A stretch of DNA of 64,000 nucleotides from an uncultured delta proteobacterium (GTDB lineage: Bacteria; Desulfobacterota; Binatia; Binatales; Binataceae), in NCBI GenBank assembly GCA_963724765.1, contig CAVRVY010000001.1:160001-224000 (forward strand), written 5' to 3'. Shown here piece after piece: positions 31,002 through 40,716 of the stretch; the stretch's first letter is position 1; each line of letters begins with the position of its first letter. Position numbers and translations under genes: made by a program. Under the pieces are notes generated by a model. It did not search any database. It was given only the letters and a program-made list of their open reading frames with translations, and was not told where the DNA came from.

Positions 31002-31679
31002 ATGTCGTCGAAAGGTAAGATACTCCCTAAGTTTTCGCTTCGGCCGTGGATTCTAGCGATCATCATTCTATGCATGAGTGTTTGGCGGGCGCCGGCCGAG
31101 ACTCCCGCGCAAGAGGCAGCTCCCGCCACGTTGGATGTGACCGTGCACTCGACTTTGTGGTCATTCGAAGGGCCTGGAACCAACAATGCTCCATATCTGG
31201 TGATCGGTATGGCGGATCGCGGAGGCACCCCGTCCTACAGTTCGCTTCGGATCGCTGAAGACCAAGGAACGAATCCGTCTACAGGAAATACAATAACGCG
31301 CCAGGGCGGCCCGGCTGACTTGGCAAGTCGCAACGGCAAAATCGAGTTCGGTCCGCTAGCATTATCGAGCCTCCTTGATCCGACCGTTGGGGTCGCGGGC
31401 CACTTGAATTTTCGAACGGAACCTACAAGCGCACGCCAGACTGTTCCGAGATCACCTGACCTGGCGAGCGTTAAAGTCTACCCCTCACTAGACCATATGT
31501 TAGCGCCTGGATCTTTTCTGTACGGATACCGGGCGAATTACCTTCCGTCGAAACGACGGTTGAGCAATAACGAATCCTTCGCGCACGAAGTAGTACAGGC
31601 ACCTCGCCCGCTTTTCGAACTCGAGTTCGGCAGCTGGCGCCTCCCGGTGATGCTCTCTGAGGCCGCAGTTTCACGATAG
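31002..31679 (+). CDS. Secreted hypothetical protein
   Basis: GGAGAGG RBS; signal peptide; C-terminal PLFELEFGSWRLPV beta-strand motif. Confidence 0.65.
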   Translation: MSSKGKILPKFSLRPWILAIIILCMSVWRAPAETPAQEAAPATLDVTVHSTLWSFEGPGTNNAPYLVIGMADRGGTPSYSSLRIAEDQGTNPSTGNTITRQGGPADLASRNGKIEFGPLALSSLLDPTVGVAGHLNFRTEPTSARQTVPRSPDLASVKVYPSLDHMLAPGSFLYGYRANYLPSKRRLSNNESFAHEVVQAPRPLFELEFGSWRLPVMLSEAAVSR

Positions 31680-31704
31680 CCCGCCGAACTCTTGGTGACG
31701 ATCA

Positions 31705-32340
31705 ATGCCACGACTCGGTGTAGGGTTGCGCCTGCTGTTCGCTGCAATAGCGCTGACACCACTCTTACCGTGCTGTGCTTCGAGTTGGGCTGCCGCCTCG
31801 AAGGAAGAGATATGCGACATCGATGCTGATTTTGCGCTTGGCCTCGAGGACTATCCTGCAGCGATAACACTGCATCGTAAAGTTCTGCGCGCGCACAACG
31901 ACAATGCGCTGGCGCATTATCATTTGGGGTTTGCATACGGTATGAAGGGGCGTAAGGCAGATGAGATCAACGAATATCTTGCAGCGGCAAGGCTCGGCCT
32001 CGTCAAGTGGGATTTGTTTTTGAATCTGGGCGTCGCGTACCTAGGTCAGAACGAAAGGCAGAAGGCGATCAAAACGCTACAAATTGCTGTCTTGCTCGGA
32101 CCGAATCATCCCGAAGCGCATTTCAATCTCGCGATCGCTTATGAAAAGAGTAACAGGTTACGTGAAGCACTACAGGAAATAATCGTTTCGCTGTACCTGG
32201 CGCCAGAAGATCCTGATGAACAGAATACGAAAGGGATCATCTGCGCTGAGATGGGAAACCTCGCGTGCGCGCGTGACGAATGGGCGCACATGGTGCAAGT
32301 CGCGCCCAACTATGCGCTCGAGTCAATCTGGCGATTCTGA
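31705..32340 (+). CDS. TPR-repeat protein (C-terminus probably frameshifted)
   Basis: Signal peptide; ALAHYHLGFAY, LFLNLGVAY, EAHFNLAIAY TPR units. Confidence 0.85.
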   Translation: MPRLGVGLRLLFAAIALTPLLPCCASSWAAASKEEICDIDADFALGLEDYPAAITLHRKVLRAHNDNALAHYHLGFAYGMKGRKADEINEYLAAARLGLVKWDLFLNLGVAYLGQNERQKAIKTLQIAVLLGPNHPEAHFNLAIAYEKSNRLREALQEIIVSLYLAPEDPDEQNTKGIICAEMGNLACARDEWAHMVQVAPNYALESIWRF

Positions 32341-32734
32341 GCGGCTCACATATGCCATTGACGGTTTCGACTTCGAGCACGCTCTGCGGTGACGGGTCCC
32401 CGTTTGCACGCTGATGTTGCGGGATCGATGTCGTATTTCATCGATGTCACTCGCTCTTTCGAGCAAAGGCTATGCAGGCGCATCTCATCAACTTCTACAG
32501 GAACGCCCCGCCGCCGAGGCTATGTATCGTGAATCGGCACAGCGCTCTGTCGATATTGCAAACGGGTTTCTCAGGCGTTTGCCTGGATTCGGGCGATCCC
32601 GCGCTAGCCAATCTTCCACCAAGCGTCAGTTCCGATTCGGGGTTTCGTCGATTTCGGTTTTTACTGCCTCGGCTCCTGCGGCTCGAGTAGCCGTGTTCCA
32701 GTTTGCGCTCCGCGGCCCGGTGAACATCCGTCAG

Positions 32735-32942
32735 GTCATGCAGCAGCAGCGCGCGCAACAGCTTCTCCGGCGCGATCGACGGCCGTCCACCGCTGGCGTA
32801 CAGCTCAGCCAAGCGCGATCCCAACTGCTTGAGCGCCGCATCGACCATTATCCGGACCGTCCGCAGCGGATGCCCTTGGGCACTCGTCGCTCCGCCGAAT
32901 GTAACTGAACATTCCGCTTTGCTGCTGGTCCGCCCCACGCAT
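32735..32942 (-). pseudogene. IS5-family transposase 5' remnant
   Basis: MRGADQQQSGMFSYI.../HPLRTVR...LYASGGRPSIAPEKLLRALLL; an IS5-like terminal sequence TTTTTCCGCAGCCTGTTAG lies near 33008-33026. Confidence 0.85.
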
Positions 32943-33069
32943 CCCACTTCCTCCGCTACCGACGATCAGCTCCCACTCTACATGCCGTAACTAATCAATC
33001 GCGATCTTTTTTCCGCAGCCTGTTAGAGGGTGAAAAAAGAGGATCGGACCGTCGGGGTCGCGACCGGCC

Positions 33070-33456
33070 AGTACAACTTCCCCCCCGCCGGCGCAGCTCG
33101 AATATATCGACAACCACTACATCGTGCTCGACCATACGCTGCTGGTCGGTGCGTCGGCGGGAGCCGCTTATCGCTGGCATAAGTACCAGTTCACTTTCGA
33201 CGGACTCTTCAGCAGCGGATTGCGCGGCGGCTTTGCGAACGAGGAGCAGCTTCCGAAGGTATGGCAGTTCAACCTGAGCGGGGCGCGAGACTTCGACGCG
33301 CCGGGGCTCGGCATGGTGACCGACCGAATAATCCTGCTGAACATTTTGATCGAACCAACCTGATCCGGCCCGCCACCGGAATCGGTGTCTTTCAGTCTGC
33401 GTACGGACCGAGAGTCACCGTATACGACGCTGACCGTGCCGTTGCCCTCGCTTTAG
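33070..33456 (+). pseudogene. TonB-dependent receptor C-terminal remnant
   Basis: YIVLDH...SSGLRGGFANEEQLP...LNI(F)DRTNLIR...GIGVFQSAYGPR, with frameshifts. Confidence 0.75.
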
Positions 33457-33712
33457 AATTGGGGCAGACTCAGCGCCACAAACGCGGTTCCGGAGAATGG
33501 CCTCTTCGATCGCAAGATTTCGACGGCGTATGGCCTCGTTGATCGTTGCTGCCGCTTTAGTGGTAGTCGCGACCTGGTTGGCAGCGGCGAGCGCACCTCA
33601 ACCTACGCCTGCTAGCGCGAATCCGTCCCTAAGTAAAATACGGGCCGTGTCGGCTCACTGCCGTCAATACCCGTGCCGGACGGGAGCACAAGCTTGAGGC
33701 CAAGTTTTCGTT

Positions 33713-33744
33713 CGGGCGACAGCCCTCGCAAGGGCTGCCGCCCG
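33713..33744. terminator. Strong hairpin between convergent genes (no clear U-tract)
   Basis: CGGGCGACAGCCCT-CGCA-AGGGCTGCCGCCCG. Confidence 0.55.
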
Positions 33745-33768
33745 TGTGGCGTGCGCCACCCGCAGCAG

Positions 33769-35277
33769 TTACAGAGTTTCGATGAAGTCGACGATCTGTT
33801 GTTGCTGGCTGGGGCTTAAAGCCTGAAAAGCTTGAGCCGCAGCCTTCCCCTGCCCATCGTGCAACAATATCGCAGTAGGTATGTCGGCAGCACGGCCGTC
33901 ATGTAAATAGAATTCACGAGCACGTATTCCCCACAATGGCATAGTACGCACCATAGTCGGTCCACCTACGTCAGTAGGTGAATTATTATCGTTCACTCCG
34001 TCTGCCATACTGCCCATGTCGTGCATCAGAAAGTCACTATATGGATGATAGGTAACATTAGCCAAAGTCGAGTTCATTGTCGATGTAAGGGGCTGACCAT
34101 TAATGGTTGGAGGAACGAATGCAGATGGATTTGATGCGGTCGTTATCGACTCGACATGACAACCGGAGCAATTTATCTGCCCAAACAACTGCTGTCCAGC
34201 CTGACTGTCCGCAGTTTGTGGAGCTTGAGGCGGAGGTTGTAATCCGCGCATAAAATCGGTAAAGCGATCTAAATCTGCGCGTCCGGTCGAATCTACTGTG
34301 TCTTCCGGGTCATCAGCCACCTGTAGAGGTACACCAAACTGAGTGACGCCCATTGCACAGGTTGTGTTCGGATTCTTATTTAAATCATTGGTAATACCAA
34401 TTTCGTTAAGATAAGCGTCACCGGCAAACCCTAACAAGGTAGCATGTTCATCCTTCCATCCGAATCTGCCGACATGCGGAGTTGATAGGGCTGCCAACGT
34501 GGCCGATGACACTTCGGACGTAGGCGGACCATTCTGGTTCGTCTCGACAATCATCCGAGTCGATCCGCGGATCGATGGATCTTGGTTAGCTGCGATTTGC
34601 TCAAAGGTCTCATCGGCAGTTGCTTCGACCAAGCCATCGCCGTAAATGGGCAATGATTCTCGATGAGCAATGCAAGTTGGCGTTCCGGTTGTCCCAGTGT
34701 CGTTGGACGTTCCGGGAATGCAAATTGGTAATTTGTATGAAAAGCCTCTGGTTTCCTCGACTTGTTGACAGGTGGAGGCCCTATCGTCTGCCAATCCTAT
34801 CTCTCCGCCCAGTGTGGCAGCCGCTATCCCGTATGGAAAGATCACATCCGTATTCTCCATGGTTGGACCTTCCATAAGCATGTTGTCTACTGCAAAGATT
34901 CTTACAGGAGGTCCCCCGGTTGATAGCCGTTGCTCAAACAGATTCAGGCCGCCCCCTCCCATTGCTGGATTGCTATGACAAGCCGCGCACGAGGTATTAT
35001 TGAATAAGGGCCCTAATTGACCAGCTGGACCTGTTGGGTTAGTTGCCGAATTTAGAGTCTCGAGTTCTTTCATATTCAGCTGACCATTGACGAAATTGGT
35101 CATGTCAATTGAGTTGCTTGTCATCGCCGCAAGCGGATCTCCCATTCCGGAATAGGTAGAAAAAGTAGGATTTAAACCGGATTTCTGATTTCTAAAGTGA
35201 GTTTGCGAATTAGCGGAACCCGCAGACAAAATTAACATAATTCCGACTACTATAGACATTTTGATGCTATACATCAT
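33769..35277 (-). CDS. Di-heme oxidoreductase (DHOR-family) secreted cytochrome c
   Basis: Signal peptide; GPLFNNTSCAACH, GRFGWK, AYLNEIGIT, CSGCH, YSDFLMHDMG, RTMPLWG, YLHDGRA. Confidence 0.92.
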   Translation of the reverse strand: MMYSIKMSIVVGIMLILSAGSANSQTHFRNQKSGLNPTFSTYSGMGDPLAAMTSNSIDMTNFVNGQLNMKELETLNSATNPTGPAGQLGPLFNNTSCAACHSNPAMGGGGLNLFEQRLSTGGPPVRIFAVDNMLMEGPTMENTDVIFPYGIAAATLGGEIGLADDRASTCQQVEETRGFSYKLPICIPGTSNDTGTTGTPTCIAHRESLPIYGDGLVEATADETFEQIAANQDPSIRGSTRMIVETNQNGPPTSEVSSATLAALSTPHVGRFGWKDEHATLLGFAGDAYLNEIGITNDLNKNPNTTCAMGVTQFGVPLQVADDPEDTVDSTGRADLDRFTDFMRGLQPPPQAPQTADSQAGQQLFGQINCSGCHVESITTASNPSAFVPPTINGQPLTSTMNSTLANVTYHPYSDFLMHDMGSMADGVNDNNSPTDVGGPTMVRTMPLWGIRAREFYLHDGRAADIPTAILLHDGQGKAAAQAFQALSPSQQQQIVDFIETL

Positions 35278-35799
35278 TGGTGCCCTCAGCCCTGTTCAAG
35301 TGTGCCGACAAGCCGTTGACGAAGCGGACCCCAGCCCCCATCTCCCCAATTAGGCTGATGGAGATTGGGACCGCTCCCCCAGTCGTGGTAAACCGACCAC
35401 GACTGGAGGAGCTAAAGCCTCGATTACCGGCGGTGGCCGAATTTTTGCGATTCGCCCCTAAAGCGCTCATCGCGCTTTCGAGAGCGCTCAAAAGCCAACA
35501 TGCCGCCTGCGATTGCGGAGTTGGCTACTTTGTTGTTGGGGCTTAGTAGGAAGGTGAACCGCGCCCGCCGAAGGTATGAACCTTAATGAAGGTGACTGCG
35601 CGTCTGTTTATCCGATGCCCAAGATGGGAGCGATGATGATGATAGCGACCGCTTCCGTGCCTCTGCTGATTCTGCATAACGCCCCCCCAAAGCTTGCAGC
35701 TTCAGGCGCTTCCAGAAAAACGCTCCATGCATTATTCACGCGCAAGTCAACGATTGCAAGAGGATGTACGAGCGCTCGCTCGACCGAGACAGCCTTTGT

Positions 35800-35990
35800 T
35801 CCCGGACGACACGCCGAAGAACTACCAGCTGTTGGCGCAGGAGGAGATTCTCGGCCTCAAGCCGCGCTCGACGTGTGAACCGCGGCCAGGTGGCAAGCAG
35901 CAGCTGGTCAGAAACGCGACCATCGGCCACTTCATTACCATACGCCCACGCGCGCGTCATCCCGGATAAGGTTTTCGGGAGGCACAGGTA
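35800..35990 (-). pseudogene. IS481-like element left end and transposase N-terminal remnant
   Basis: RFTRRARLEAENLLLRQQLVVLRR; terminal-like sequence CCTGTGCCTCCCGAAAACC on the minus strand. Confidence 0.75.
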
Positions 35991-36279
35991 CCAAAGTCTC
36001 GGCGGCTTGATTTTCGGAAGTCGTCCGCCAGTGGTCGATCCTTAGAATCGCGCAAGGCCCGGCAATCGGGGCAATTTCCTGATCGCTCGTGGGAGTCTAC
36101 AACGTTCAGGACCGGTTGGCCAACAGCCAACGCCATTGTGGATAGAGTCTCTTCCGAAGCGCAAATCAGGTCCTTGAGCAAGAATGTGTAAACAACGGCA
36201 AACCCGACGAGGAAATACCCGATGAACGAACCAAAGAAAGAAGCCCCTCCCGTCACTTGCGGGAGTGCAAAGTTCGCGT

Positions 36280-36445
36280 GAGCGGCAAACTAGGCGACAT
36301 CTAATGCGCCTTCTTGCGCGGCGTCTTCTCTGGGGTGCTGGGCAATCTGCGCCCTGATCTGGCCAACCCCCAGTTTCAAAATCCTGACGCGCATGATCGG
36401 TCTCTATTGCCTGGCGGATGGTTTGCCTGGATTAGTGGGGGCGCG
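36280..36445 (+). pseudogene. HdeD/DUF308-like membrane protein remnant
   Basis: LRGVFSGVLG, then after a frameshift ICALIWPTPSFKILTRMIGLYCLADGLPGLVG; stop codon upstream. Confidence 0.55.
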
Positions 36446-37146
36446 ACGACGGAGTGGCAGGTGGACCGAAAAGCCGTCTGGACGGCAAAGCATTGTTGCG
36501 TCCGCTCCGCCATAGCTGATCCGGCCACAGGTACTCGCGGCCCAAGCCTCCCTGGCCGGAACATAGCCTCCGAATGTACTTCTGTTCAGACCGACCTGCG
36601 GATACCTGTCGTAGCCCCGGTAGACGTTGTTCGAGTGTAGCCCGGACTTCCCCCTCTCCACAGAGCGGGACTTCCCCCTCCCCACCCAGGGCCGTAACAA
36701 CCCGTCCAGAGTTGCGAAGAGCAGCATTCCAAACATTCTCCGTGGAGCTATGAACAAAGGGACAGTTAGTCTGGCCATCTGAAGGAGAACCAAGGGTCGT
36801 GCTGTGTTCATGCGACGCTGAAACGAAAGACGCTCGGGCGCGGAAGAAGTTACATGTGGACAGGCCTAGCGCAGCGCTTCTCCCTACTTCAGTAATAAAC
36901 CGACGAGCCACGCGAATCGAGATGAGAACCGCTGCAGCGATCTCACCTATGCGAGCGCGCCTGTTCAGAAAAAGATCGATTTCCGGACAAAACAAAACGC
37001 AAAGGGATCCGCCGCTGTCAGCCACGCGCGGGCTATTTCGACGTGTTTAGCGAGATTAAGAGAAAAAAGAAATAACTTCATGCCGGAGGAACCAACTGGC
37101 GTTGGAAATCAAAAGGAAAGAGCGCAAGAGCGCCTCGAAAAGACAG

Positions 37147-37392
37147 GTCGGCGGTCTGCATCATCGCTACGGACGGCTCGCCGCCTAGCTCGTACCTGCT
37201 GCCGCTGGCCGACGAATTGTCTTGCAGCGCTACGCCATCGTCTGAGAATCTTTGTATCAGAGGTTATTGGATCTCGATTCGGCTCCGTCCGTGTTAAGTT
37301 CAGATTGCTGCCCACTTACTTCAGCGCACCAATTCGATAGCAATTCTCATCGCTGAAATTGCGACTCCAGTAGAAATTTTTCGAAGGGAAGG
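37147..37392 (+). mobile_element. IS481-like element 3' end remnant
   Basis: VGGLHHRYGRLAA* followed by about 200 nt homologous to 49750-49960. Confidence 0.85.
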
Positions 37393-37740
37393 GGTCGGGC
37401 TCGAGAGCTGCCCGGTCTTCCACCACAACCCTGAAACCTTTGCGGATTTCAATCGTAACCAACTTCTGTGGCGTAATTTTGCTACCGGATAAAGGCCAGT
37501 ATTCCTAGGGACGATCGGTCATGCGCGGCTACCTCAAGCTGACCGCCAGGCGGTAGGCAGGATCTGACGATAACTGAGGCACGTGCGGTACCTGATGATC
37601 GTTACAACTGTCGGAACCGGCCGGCGCAGCCATCCACGATGTGATGTGGACGGCGCGCCGATCGGCGATAAACGAGCGAACGCTGAGATTTACAATTCCC
37701 CGGTTGCCACGGCGTTACTGGGCGGAGATCCGGAGTGATT

Positions 37741-38007
37741 ATGGCGGAGATGACTGTGGAGATCAAAAACCGGCTTGATTTGAATCTGCTCGCCGCCTCG
37801 ACGCTCGCTCGGACGGCCGGCAAGTTCGCTGCGCGGACTATGATCGGGTGCGGAAAGAGTCAGGTCAGCGCCAAGAGCGTGATGGAACTGATCATGCTGG
37901 AGGCGGGGCAAGGCTCGAAACTCAAGCTATGGGCTGAAGGGGACGATGCGATCGATGCGGTCGCAGCGATTCAAGCGCTGTTCGAGAAGCGCTTCGGCCA
38001 GGAATAG
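37741..38007 (+). CDS. HPr-family protein lacking the His15/Arg17 equivalents
   Basis: IKNRLDLNLLAAS replaces the canonical GLHAR; VSAKSVM (Ser46 site) and AEGDDA are retained; GGAG RBS. Confidence 0.88.
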   Translation: MAEMTVEIKNRLDLNLLAASTLARTAGKFAARTMIGCGKSQVSAKSVMELIMLEAGQGSKLKLWAEGDDAIDAVAAIQALFEKRFGQE

Positions 38008-38163
38008 CCCTAAAGAAGAGACCTTTGCGTAACTCGCGCGGCAGGATTGTCCCAAGAGAGGTCGGCGCGAGCATCGCGAGCAGCGGGAGAGGTCGCTTCG
38101 AATTTTGCAGAACCACAGATGGTGAATGAAGTCATTGCTCCATGGTTTTCAGAGCACAGGAAG

Positions 38164-39456
38164 ATGAATCGAAAAATTAATGTTCGCTCAGGTGCAATTG
38201 CGGTTGCCGTGATGGCATTGGCGATCCTGACTGCTTTGGTCACGAAAGCGACTGCGTCCGACCCCCAAGCGATAGGGCCCAACCCAAGTTCGGAGAGCTA
38301 TCTGGCCGACTATCCGGCGCCACAGCCAGGCGCTCCCCCTGCGATCGAGATCGCACAGGCGGCGCAATCGCAAAATCTTCAGCCTGGATACGTTCCGCAG
38401 CCGCCGACTCAGGGAGCGCCCCATCAGACTCTCACGCTGCCGCAAACAGCTCCGCAATCACCACCGCCGCCGGCGCTGGAATTGCCTCGGTCACAAGGTC
38501 AAGAGGGATCGTCGCTCGAAGTGCCGATTGAGCACCAGCCGCAAACCAACGTCGGCAGAATTTCGATCACGGCCACTGACGACACCGGACGATGGATTCA
38601 GGACCTGCGCAAGCAGGATCTCACCCTCTATGAAGATGGAATCCAGCGGCCGGTTCTCAGTCTTCAGCGCGACGTCGAGACGCCCGCAAGTATCGGTATC
38701 GTAGTTGACACCAGCGGCAGCATGTCGTGGAAGCTGGCGGCCGCCGAAGCCGCGCTGCAGCACTTTGTTCGGACCCTGAATCCGAACGACCAATTTTTCC
38801 TAATAGCGTTTTCCGACCGCGCCTTCCTGCTGCAGGACTTCACCGACAATCCCGCGGGTCTGAATCGGGCGATCGGGCTCCTTCACGCCCAGGGCCGGAC
38901 CGCGTTGTATGACGCGGTGGTGCAGGGGCTCCAGAAGGTCGAACAAGGCCGATGGCCCAAGAAGGCGCTGCTGGTAATGACCGATGGTATGGACAATGCC
39001 AGCTCGAACTCGCTCAACGACGCCATCCAGGCTGGGCGCCGAGGAGGGGTTTTGATTTATACCGTAGGCATCGGCACCACCGGTGCGCCGACGATGGCGA
39101 CGGGTCCGATGATGATGGCGCCGATGTTCGGTGGTGGTGGGATACGGTTCGGCGGCGGTCTCAGGCATCACACGGGTGGCGGCGAGGACGAACGGGTCGA
39201 TGCGGCCACGTTGCGGAGCTTGAGCGATGAAACCGGGGCAACAACCTTTATAATCAATCCTCACGTGAGCGATCTGTCCGGGCTCGACTCTCACTTCCAA
39301 AGCATTTCGGCTGAGCTGCGCGAGCAATACACCGTGCGCTACGCGTCAGCCGGCGGCGCCCGGCCACATCAGATTCGGGTCGAGGGATTGCGTCCAGGAA
39401 TGGAGGTGCGCGCGCCCAAATGGGCGGTCAACGGCACCTCTGGATTCGCCGGATAA
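38164..39456 (+). CDS. Secreted VWA-domain protein (VWFA-related, Acidobacteria-type)
   Basis: Signal peptide, Pro/Gln linker, LYEDGIQR, MIDAS DTSGSM, TALYDA, VMTDG, ELREQY. Confidence 0.9.
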   Translation: MNRKINVRSGAIAVAVMALAILTALVTKATASDPQAIGPNPSSESYLADYPAPQPGAPPAIEIAQAAQSQNLQPGYVPQPPTQGAPHQTLTLPQTAPQSPPPPALELPRSQGQEGSSLEVPIEHQPQTNVGRISITATDDTGRWIQDLRKQDLTLYEDGIQRPVLSLQRDVETPASIGIVVDTSGSMSWKLAAAEAALQHFVRTLNPNDQFFLIAFSDRAFLLQDFTDNPAGLNRAIGLLHAQGRTALYDAVVQGLQKVEQGRWPKKALLVMTDGMDNASSNSLNDAIQAGRRGGVLIYTVGIGTTGAPTMATGPMMMAPMFGGGGIRFGGGLRHHTGGGEDERVDAATLRSLSDETGATTFIINPHVSDLSGLDSHFQSISAELREQYTVRYASAGGARPHQIRVEGLRPGMEVRAPKWAVNGTSGFAG

Positions 39457-39651
39457 ATCAACTCCGCCGGCGATTCCGCGGTTTGGTGGAGGCTAGGGCG
39501 GGCGTTCACTCAAGGTTGGTCGACTGGTATAGAGATCACCTCAATTATTTGAGCATGGTGGACGGCGCGCTTCGTACTCCTTTACGTGAGCCGGATCGAG
39601 TAAAAGTTCAGAAGGCCTCTGAAATGAGGATCCAAAGATAGAGTGCCGCGC

Positions 39652-39667
39652 TGGCACAATGATTGCT
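39652..39667 (+). promoter_or_regulatory. Consensus sigma54 promoter
   Basis: TGGCACAATGATTGCT matches TGGCAC-N5-TTGCW exactly. Confidence 0.75.
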
Positions 39668-39706
39668 TTCGACGGTCTGAGCATGTTACGAGTAACCAAA
39701 CCCTCG

Positions 39707-40162
39707 TTACTTCTTGCGCACCTCGCGGCGCGTCAGATGACCAGCCTCGTCATAGTATTCCACTATGTCGATGACACCGCGTTCGCTTGGATCGCGCTCC
39801 ACTATCGCGAGCGTTCCGTTGGGGCGAAAGGTCTTGACAGTCTCAGGCCTCCCGTCGTAGTCGTCATCGCGAATCTCGCGAACCACAACACCGTTGTAAT
39901 ACTGCTGGACCAGATCGACCCGCCCGTCGAAATTTCGGTCGCTCTCGACCTCGACGATTCGATCGCCTTTCACGTCTTTGATAAGGTCCGGTTTCCCGTC
40001 GCCGTTGGTATCGATCGCTATCTGGTACTCATCGCGGCTGACGCGCCGGACCCACTGGTCGGGCCGGCCGTCGCGGCCGCGATGAGTGACGACTCCGTAA
40101 GAGCCCCTGTCGCAGGAGAGAAGTGTGAGAGCTAGCGCCACATACAGAGCTGCTGTGCGCAT
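39707..40162 (-). CDS. Lipoprotein with repeated Dx[DN]xDG Ca-binding-like loops
   Basis: Lipobox LLS-C; DTNGDGKPD, DRNFDGRVD, DDDYDGRPE. Confidence 0.85.
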   Translation of the reverse strand: MRTAALYVALALTLLSCDRGSYGVVTHRGRDGRPDQWVRRVSRDEYQIAIDTNGDGKPDLIKDVKGDRIVEVESDRNFDGRVDLVQQYYNGVVVREIRDDDYDGRPETVKTFRPNGTLAIVERDPSERGVIDIVEYYDEAGHLTRREVRKK

Positions 40163-40508
40163 GCTTCCTTATACACAGCGGCGGGCTGCTCCTCAACTTT
40201 GCCGTCTGCTTCTGACCTTGGTGCTCGTTTCTGTTCCATTGAACGGAATGCCTGCAGCCCGAGCGTCGAGGCTTATTCCCCTCAGAACAACCTTCGTACC
40301 CTTCGACACGAGCATTCAGTCGCCTAACCCGACGGCGATTCAGTTCAGCGTTGCGGCGCCATCGCACAGGCGTGTTGCCTTGGCTCCTAGTACGATCTCC
40401 TTCCCGATCCCGCAACAGCGAAACGTCTCTCCCGACATGGTTATCGATGACCACTGTCGATCCGGTGTCGCCGGCTTTCCCAGCATACGGTCACCTCCTC
40501 GAGCTTGA
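40161..40508 (+). CDS. Putative leader/arrest peptide with C-terminal RSPP motif
   Basis: Basic then hydrophobic N-terminus (RRAAPQLCRLLLTLVLVSVPL); ends GFPSIRSPPRA*; lies directly upstream of the efflux operon. Confidence 0.6.
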   Translation: MLPYTQRRAAPQLCRLLLTLVLVSVPLNGMPAARASRLIPLRTTFVPFDTSIQSPNPTAIQFSVAAPSHRRVALAPSTISFPIPQQRNVSPDMVIDDHCRSGVAGFPSIRSPPRA

Positions 40509-40716
40509 TGTCTTGTCGGGCGAATCGCGTTGCCGTTTACACGCGACGCAGCTCGAAAACAACTAACAATCGCGCTCTTCGCAGCCCGTAACTTCGGTCA
40601 TCGAAGGGCTTAACTAGCGATGGTTCGCTCGATTCGCTGAGCAGCTTTCGCAGTGCTGGCCTCGTTGCCGCACGAGCGAGAGCATTCGGCCATCGCGAAG
40701 CAGACTAGGAGCGTCA

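Noticed and set aside
36404-37025. Long minus-strand ORFs with a short GGACTTCCCC repeat and an STFGGY...GRISYGG segment
   Set aside because: At most a decayed low-complexity tail of a DUF3300-like gene. No coherent gene can be supported.
37469-37483. TGGCGTAATTTTGCT sigma54-like site upstream of HPr
   Set aside because: GG-to-GC spacing is 9 nt, and sigma54 requires 10.
39659-40135. 158-aa + strand ORF right after the sigma54 promoter
   Set aside because: It starts inside the promoter motif and has the composition of an antisense shadow of the lipoprotein gene.
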